Positions 28,446 to 33,728 of a stretch of 33,728 nucleotides of DNA are shown here, piece by piece (position 1 is the stretch's first letter; each line of letters starts with the position of its first letter). A program made the translations under genes and the position numbers. The notes beneath the pieces were generated by a model that saw only the letters and a list, made by a program, of their open reading frames with translations, did not search any database and was not told the origin of the DNA. The stretch covers positions 1 through 33,728 of the forward strand of contig CALBPE010000026.1 of NCBI GenBank assembly GCA_937899275.1, given 5' to 3'. This DNA comes from an uncultured Chlamydiae bacterium (GTDB lineage Bacteria; Chlamydiota; Chlamydiia; Chlamydiales; SM23-39).

Positions 28446-29909
28446 TTACCGATTGGAGTCAAGCTTTTTATGAAGAAGGGTGTTGACTACTTCAGGCGAC
28501 GCTTTGCCTTTGGTGGATTTCATCACCTGTCCCACGAGAAAAGAAAACGCTTTTTGTTTACCGTTTTTAAAGCCTTCAATCGACTGGGGGTGATCTTGCA
28601 GGATTTTTTCTACAATAGGCTCGATGATAGCCGGATCACTCATAGGCAAATAATCGGGATTTTCCTGAACGATAGTCTGGGGTGATGTATGGGGTTTTTT
28701 CATCATCTCATCTGCAATACTTTTTGCAATCCTTGAGGTGATGGTTTTATCTTCGATTAAGGTGATCAAAGAGCCGATATGCTTTTCTGGTATGCTGGTA
28801 GATAAAAAGTGTTTTCCCGCTTCTTTTGCTCTACCAAAAAACTCGATGGTAATCCAGTTTGCAAGCAAATTTGCCGATAAAGAAGAGGGGCAAAAAGAAA
28901 GAGCTTCTTCAAAATAGTCGGCAAGGGCTTTTTCTTCTGTCAGGATCTCTGCTGCATCTTTTGATAATTGGAGCTGCTCTTTGTAGCGGTTTTTTCGCGC
29001 TCTTCTTAGCTCTGGAAGGGAGCATGTGAGCCGTTCAATGAGTTCTTCTTCAATCATCAGTGGGGGAATATCTGGCTCAGGCATATACCTATAGTCTTCT
29101 GCGCTTTCTTTTTTGCGCATAACGGTCAGTGTTTTTTGCACTGGATCAAACCGGCAAGTAGAAGAGGCGATTACAGCATGGGGATCTTTTTCATAGATGG
29201 CAATTTGTCTCGATATTTCTTGGTTGATCGCGAGTTCTAAAAAATGAAAAGAATTGATGTTTTTGATTTCCACTTTATTTCTAAGCGTAGTCTCCCCTTG
29301 AGGCCTAACCGATATATTCGCATCCATTCTAAGCTGGCCTTGGTCCATATTGGCGTCTGAGGCGCCGATATACTGAAAAATTGATTTGATTTCTTTGGCG
29401 TAAAGAGCAGCTTCGCTTGCGCTTTTTAAGCAAGGAGCAGAAATGATTTCCATTAAGGGGGCTCCTGCTCGATTATCATCGACTCCAGTAAAGCTAGAAA
29501 AATGTTTCAATGTTCCCGCATCATCTTCTAGATGCGCTGCTGTGATCTCCACTTTTTTCACGCTATCTTCTAAAGAAATTTCGACGTAGCCATTTTTTAC
29601 AATGGGATGGAAAAATTGTGTGATTTGGAAATTTCTAGGCGAGTCGGGATAAAAGTAGGACTTGCGATCAAAAGAGCTTTGCCTAGATATATCTGCATTG
29701 ACAGCTAGGCCAAATTGCACCGCTTTTTCTACCGCTGCTTCATTTAGCAGTGGTAGGGACCCAGGCTGCCCTGTACAAATAGTAGAAATATTTTGGTTGG
29801 GGTTTTCTCCAAAGGTATTGGGAGCGGGAGAAAAAAGCTTAGTGTGGGTGTTGAGCTGCACATGGATCTCAAGACCAATGACTACATCCCAGTCTTTAAG
29901 CGAAGTCAT
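28446..29909 (-). CDS. gatB: Asp/Glu-tRNA amidotransferase subunit B (intact 487-aa copy)
   Basis: Full C-terminus FLVGQVMKSTKGKASPEVVN..L, typical of the GatB/YqeY domain. Confidence 0.96.
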   Translation of the reverse strand: MTSLKDWDVVIGLEIHVQLNTHTKLFSPAPNTFGENPNQNISTICTGQPGSLPLLNEAAVEKAVQFGLAVNADISRQSSFDRKSYFYPDSPRNFQITQFFHPIVKNGYVEISLEDSVKKVEITAAHLEDDAGTLKHFSSFTGVDDNRAGAPLMEIISAPCLKSASEAALYAKEIKSIFQYIGASDANMDQGQLRMDANISVRPQGETTLRNKVEIKNINSFHFLELAINQEISRQIAIYEKDPHAVIASSTCRFDPVQKTLTVMRKKESAEDYRYMPEPDIPPLMIEEELIERLTCSLPELRRARKNRYKEQLQLSKDAAEILTEEKALADYFEEALSFCPSSLSANLLANWITIEFFGRAKEAGKHFLSTSIPEKHIGSLITLIEDKTITSRIAKSIADEMMKKPHTSPQTIVQENPDYLPMSDPAIIEPIVEKILQDHPQSIEGFKNGKQKAFSFLVGQVMKSTKGKASPEVVNTLLHKKLDSNR

Positions 29910-31369
29910 AGGAAACCTTTAGGTAGCGTTTTGTAAAGAGGCGCTGTTTGTTCAAACGCATAGCCTGCTTGCAGCACCGCTGCATCTTGTAGTTTAGGTC
30001 CAATGATTTGTAGGCTCATTGGCTTATTTTTGCTATCAATACCAGAGGGTACAGAAATAGCGGGAAGTCCAGCTAAGCTTGCAGGAATAGTTAAGCTATC
30101 TTGTAAATACATCTCAAAGGGATCGGGAAAAGAGCCCAAGGCAAAAGCGGTGACAGGGCATGTAGGCATTGCGATAAAGTCTGTTTTATTAAAAGCGTTA
30201 TGAAACGCTTCTGCAATCAGATAGCGAATCTTTTGCGCTTTTCGATAAAATTCATCTCGATGTCCTGAAGAAAGGACAAAGGTTCCAAGTAAGATCCGTT
30301 TTTTTACTTCTTGACCAAATCCACTATCGCGTGAGTATTTATATACCTCTTCAAAAGATGCCGCTTGAGGCGTTCTTATCCCATGACGAATCCCATCAAA
30401 ACGGGCGAGATTAGTCGAGGCTTCTGCTGTCGCTAAAATGTAGTATACAGCAATAGAATAGCGCAAGATATCGAGGTCTACATCGACGAGAGTAGCTCCT
30501 AAAGACTCCATCCTTTTTAACGAGTCTTGAAAATCGGTTTTTACCTCACCTTTTAAATCTTCCAGTAGTTTGTGGGGAACGCCAATGACTTTTCCTTTCA
30601 TATCGGTAGAAAAAGAGGTGAGGATCTCTTCGCTCGATTTTTTTAGGGAAGTGGGATCTTTAGGGCAGTTTCTTCCGATGGTTTCCATCATCAAAGCAAT
30701 ATCTTTTACTCTTGCTCCTAGAGGACCAATTTGATCTAAAGATGAGCCAAAAGCAACAAGCCCATAACGAGAAACTCTACCGTAGGTAGGTTTAAACCCT
30801 GAAATGCCGCAGAAAGAAGCGGGCTGACGAATCGATCCGCCTGTATCGCTACCAGTAGCAAGAGCAATCAACCTTGCAGATATAGCGGCAGCAGAGCCTC
30901 CAGAAGAGCCTCCTGGTGTGCACTCGGTATTCCAAGGGTTTTTTGTGGTCATGTAAGCAGAGTTTTCACTCGATGCGCCCATAGAAAACTCATCTAGATT
31001 GAGTTTTCCCATAATGATGGCATCTTCTTCTAGCATCAAACGGACAGCAGTTGCGCTGAAAGGAGCTCTATAGTGTTCTAAAAATTTTGAGCCGCAAGTC
31101 GTGATCTCTCCTTGAATATGGGTATTGTCTTTGATTCCAATAGGAAGACCTGCCATCTGACCAAGAGGCTTTTTTTGCGCTCTTTTTTCATCTAAAAGGG
31201 CAGCTTTTTTTAACGCTTGATCATCGTAAATCTTGAGAAAAGCCTGTAGATCGGGATTGTACTTATGAATCCTTTCTAGGTAGTGGGAGACAATTTCTAC
31301 TGCGCTTATTTCTCCTTGGACAAATAGATTTCTAATGGCCAAAGCGCTTTTTGTATGTAACTGGTTCAT
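29906..31369 (-). CDS. gatA: Mirror copy: amidotransferase subunit A
   Basis: Identical translation to 2360-3823. Confidence 0.96.
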   Translation of the reverse strand: MNQLHTKSALAIRNLFVQGEISAVEIVSHYLERIHKYNPDLQAFLKIYDDQALKKAALLDEKRAQKKPLGQMAGLPIGIKDNTHIQGEITTCGSKFLEHYRAPFSATAVRLMLEEDAIIMGKLNLDEFSMGASSENSAYMTTKNPWNTECTPGGSSGGSAAAISARLIALATGSDTGGSIRQPASFCGISGFKPTYGRVSRYGLVAFGSSLDQIGPLGARVKDIALMMETIGRNCPKDPTSLKKSSEEILTSFSTDMKGKVIGVPHKLLEDLKGEVKTDFQDSLKRMESLGATLVDVDLDILRYSIAVYYILATAEASTNLARFDGIRHGIRTPQAASFEEVYKYSRDSGFGQEVKKRILLGTFVLSSGHRDEFYRKAQKIRYLIAEAFHNAFNKTDFIAMPTCPVTAFALGSFPDPFEMYLQDSLTIPASLAGLPAISVPSGIDSKNKPMSLQIIGPKLQDAAVLQAGYAFEQTAPLYKTLPKGFL

Positions 31370-31692
31370 CCGTTTTTCTCTTTTGGCTGTAGGACAGGGG
31401 GGACGCGGATCATGCCAGCTGTTTTTTCAGGCACATTTTCCAAATACGTTTCTGTAGGTAACAAATAGCCAGGTTCATCTTTTCGAAGAGGTTGGGGTGA
31501 AGCGTTTTTTGCTTGTAAAAACATCTGATGAGAAAAAATCGGGGTATCTTCTGTAGAGACTTCGCTGAGCTGCTCCACATAATCTAAAATTTTTTTTAGA
31601 CTATCTGTCAGGAGGGCTTCTTCATTTTTTTCGCATTCGATATGCGCCATTTTTTCTAAATTGCAAAGCATATCTTCAGTAAAATCAGTCAT
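31366..31692 (-). CDS. gatC: Mirror copy: amidotransferase subunit C
   Basis: Identical translation to 2037-2363. Confidence 0.9.
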   Translation of the reverse strand: MTDFTEDMLCNLEKMAHIECEKNEEALLTDSLKKILDYVEQLSEVSTEDTPIFSHQMFLQAKNASPQPLRKDEPGYLLPTETYLENVPEKTAGMIRVPPVLQPKEKNG

Positions 31693-31725
31693 ATAGATAC
31701 CTGTTGATCCATAAAGATATACAAG

Positions 31726-32340
31726 CTAAGACATAAAAGTCAAGGTGTAGCTACCCAGGCGTACGAAGAAAAAAGAGACAACTAAGGAAAGTGTAAAAAA
31801 GATGGCCCAACTGCCAATAGCCCGGCTAAGAGAATACTCTGCTGCTTCTTGTAAATTCATGATCAAAAGCACTTCGCTCCAAATTTTAGGAACAATCATG
31901 ATGAATCCAAGAAAAATAGAAGAGGGTAGAGTGACCATGCGGACAAAAGCATAATCGGGTGAAAAAACAAGAAGAGCTAGCCAGACGCTAAGAGATATCA
32001 GCTGAGGGGCGCTTGACCATGCTAAAGCTGAGCGTATATGGGCAAAAGGAGCTTTCCCTTGAAAACATAGCTTAGTGATCAAAAAAAGGAGAAATCCTAG
32101 GATATAGAGCCAAAAAAATGCGTAGAATACAGCGAGAAGAAGGCAGCTCAGTACAATGATGCCATAATGCAGAAAAAGACCCAAAGACTCTTGATTGGCT
32201 TGGTAGAATAAAAAATCGAGCGCGTTGACAAAAGCAAACGGAAAGGTAAGATGCTGAGGATTGGTGTTCAGCACTTTTCTCACCGCTATTTTTGGCTGTT
32301 TCCAGATCAAAAAAAATGGAGTATCTGCGTTGTCTGCCAT
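31726..32340 (-). CDS. Mirror copy: YIP1-like membrane protein
   Basis: Identical translation to 1389-2003. Confidence 0.65.
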   Translation of the reverse strand: MADNADTPFFLIWKQPKIAVRKVLNTNPQHLTFPFAFVNALDFLFYQANQESLGLFLHYGIIVLSCLLLAVFYAFFWLYILGFLLFLITKLCFQGKAPFAHIRSALAWSSAPQLISLSVWLALLVFSPDYAFVRMVTLPSSIFLGFIMIVPKIWSEVLLIMNLQEAAEYSLSRAIGSWAIFFTLSLVVSFFFVRLGSYTLTFMS

Positions 32341-32359
32341 ATAAAGACTCCCTTAATTC

Positions 32360-33250
32360 CTATCTTTTCGATTGCAGGATTTTTTGTAAAGCGCTCCTAA
32401 GATCGGGATAAGAAAAACAAAATCCGCTATCCAACAGTTTTTTAGGAATAGCCTTCACGCTTTTGCAGAAAAGCTCATCTGCAATTTCTCCTAAAAAAGC
32501 GCGCATAAGCCAGCGGGGCATCTTCAGAAAGTAGGGTCTTTGTAACATCTTTGCGAGAAGGCGGGCAAAATCGTCTTGCCTCTCAGGGTAAGGAGAAGAG
32601 ATATGGATAGGGCCTTCTAAAGATTGTTGGATGACCCAGTCGATTGCCCTTAGCGCATCTTCAATATGGATCCAAGAAATAAACTGCTTTCCTGTAGACA
32701 GCTTTGCGCTAAGCCCTAGTTTCGTCAAAAACGCCATGGGATCAAGAGCGCTTCCCGCGCCGTAGGGACCTAAAACCATCCCAAAACGAAGCTGAGCGCA
32801 CCGAGACCTATCTGTTGTAGCCGCATCTTCCCATTCTTGGCATAGCTGGGATAAAAAGCCCTTTTCTGGGAGCACGTCTTCGGTAAAAGATTGATCATTT
32901 TTTTCTCCTGCATAATTGACAGCAGAGGCGCATAAAAACACCTTGGGGGGAAAAGAGCAGGCTTCCATAGCTTGTACTAGCGCTTTTGTAGTTTCGATGC
33001 GGCTTTTTTTTAAGCCTTGCTTTTTTTTCTTTGTCCACCTTCCTTTAGCGATGTTTTCCCCTGCTAAATGGATCAAAACATCGGCACGCTCTAACACTTG
33101 TTTTGTAGACAAAGGATCGGCATATGAAAAAAAAGCGCCCTTTTTTCCCGGCAAGCGCAAAAGGGGATAAACCTCCTTTTTTTGCTGGCTAAAATAGGAA
33201 AGAAGAGCGCTTCCGATAAATCCGTTAGAGCCTGAAATAAGAATACGCAA
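32360..33250 (-). CDS. Mirror copy: TIGR01777 oxidoreductase
   Basis: Identical translation to 479-1369. Confidence 0.88.
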   Translation of the reverse strand: MRILISGSNGFIGSALLSYFSQQKKEVYPLLRLPGKKGAFFSYADPLSTKQVLERADVLIHLAGENIAKGRWTKKKKQGLKKSRIETTKALVQAMEACSFPPKVFLCASAVNYAGEKNDQSFTEDVLPEKGFLSQLCQEWEDAATTDRSRCAQLRFGMVLGPYGAGSALDPMAFLTKLGLSAKLSTGKQFISWIHIEDALRAIDWVIQQSLEGPIHISSPYPERQDDFARLLAKMLQRPYFLKMPRWLMRAFLGEIADELFCKSVKAIPKKLLDSGFCFSYPDLRSALQKILQSKR

Positions 33251-33259
33251 AAGATCGTA

Positions 33260-33496
33260 CTACTGATCTTTTTCGTCGTGGCGTGAGCAGCAGCTATCAT
33301 TTTTGCATACACAGCCAAAAAAGCTGATTGCCCAAATACCTGCAAGACCCACAATAGCGTACACAAGGCGCGCTAAAGGAGCGCTTCTACCGCCAAGCAG
33401 CGCTGCAACGAAATCATATTGAAAAAAGCCCCATGAGCCCCAATTGATTGCGCCTACAATAACTAATAATAACACAATGAAACGAATGAAATGCAT
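33260..33496 (-). CDS. Mirror copy: DUF378 protein
   Basis: Identical translation to 233-469. Confidence 0.83.
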   Translation of the reverse strand: MHFIRFIVLLLVIVGAINWGSWGFFQYDFVAALLGGRSAPLARLVYAIVGLAGIWAISFFGCVCKNDSCCSRHDEKDQ

Positions 33497-33728
33497 ATAT
33501 ACTCCCTAAATCGCTTGTTTACTTAATAGTAAATTTTTTTTTAAGTTCTGTCAAATAGAATTAAAAAATGGGTAGTATTTCTCTAAGAAAGAACATCTGT
33601 GCGGGTTTTAAAATGGGCTTTAGATAGACTTGATGTTCGCCTACCTTTAAAAGGCTATTTATCACGATCTTTGAATGAAATTAATACTACTGGCATGCAT
33701 ATTTCTGCTCTGCTCTGCAACCGTGTTT

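Larger units (their letters stand above)
1..33728. repeat. Whole-window inverted repeat (palindrome), arms 1-16864 and 16865-33728, no spacer
   Basis: The start aaacacggttgcag is the reverse complement of the end ctgcaaccgtgttt. Every ORF has a mirror at 33729-i. The centre reads ...ctctaatttatcga|tcgataaattagag... Confidence 0.99.

Noticed and set aside
16865..33728. A real duplication giving second copies of gatCAB, the efflux operon, xerD and adk
   Set aside because: The arms mirror base-for-base out to both window ends with no spacer and split hemW, so a fold-back artefact explains them better.

Overview
The window is one near-perfect palindrome: position i mirrors 33729-i and the axis lies between 16864 and 16865. 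It therefore holds only ~16.9 kb of unique sequence, and every feature appears twice. The unique half looks like chromosomal DNA of a Chlamydiae (Chlamydiota) bacterium. Its gene order is DUF378, TIGR01777 oxidoreductase, YIP1-like membrane protein, gatC-gatA-gatB, a TolC/MFP/RND efflux operon, xerD, an Inc/effector-like membrane protein behind a perfect sigma70-type promoter, an orphan ORF, adk, an unannotated 52-aa ORF, a 372-bp miniature IS200/IS605 element, a 2Fe-2S ferredoxin, IscA/HesB, a conserved acidic chlamydial protein and hemW. The fold-back axis cuts hemW mid-gene at a natural 10-bp palindrome (ATCGATCGAT), and I found 5 substitutions between the arms. An amplification or assembly fold-back artefact is the most likely explanation, and a real hairpin end is less likely. 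The most interesting real biology is the miniature IS608-like element. It keeps both ends (TTAC target, AAAG/GAAT guides, TCAA end) and only the omegaRNA-bearing 3' part of tnpB. It inserted exactly at the stop codon and terminator loop of the small gene, replacing TAA with TGA.
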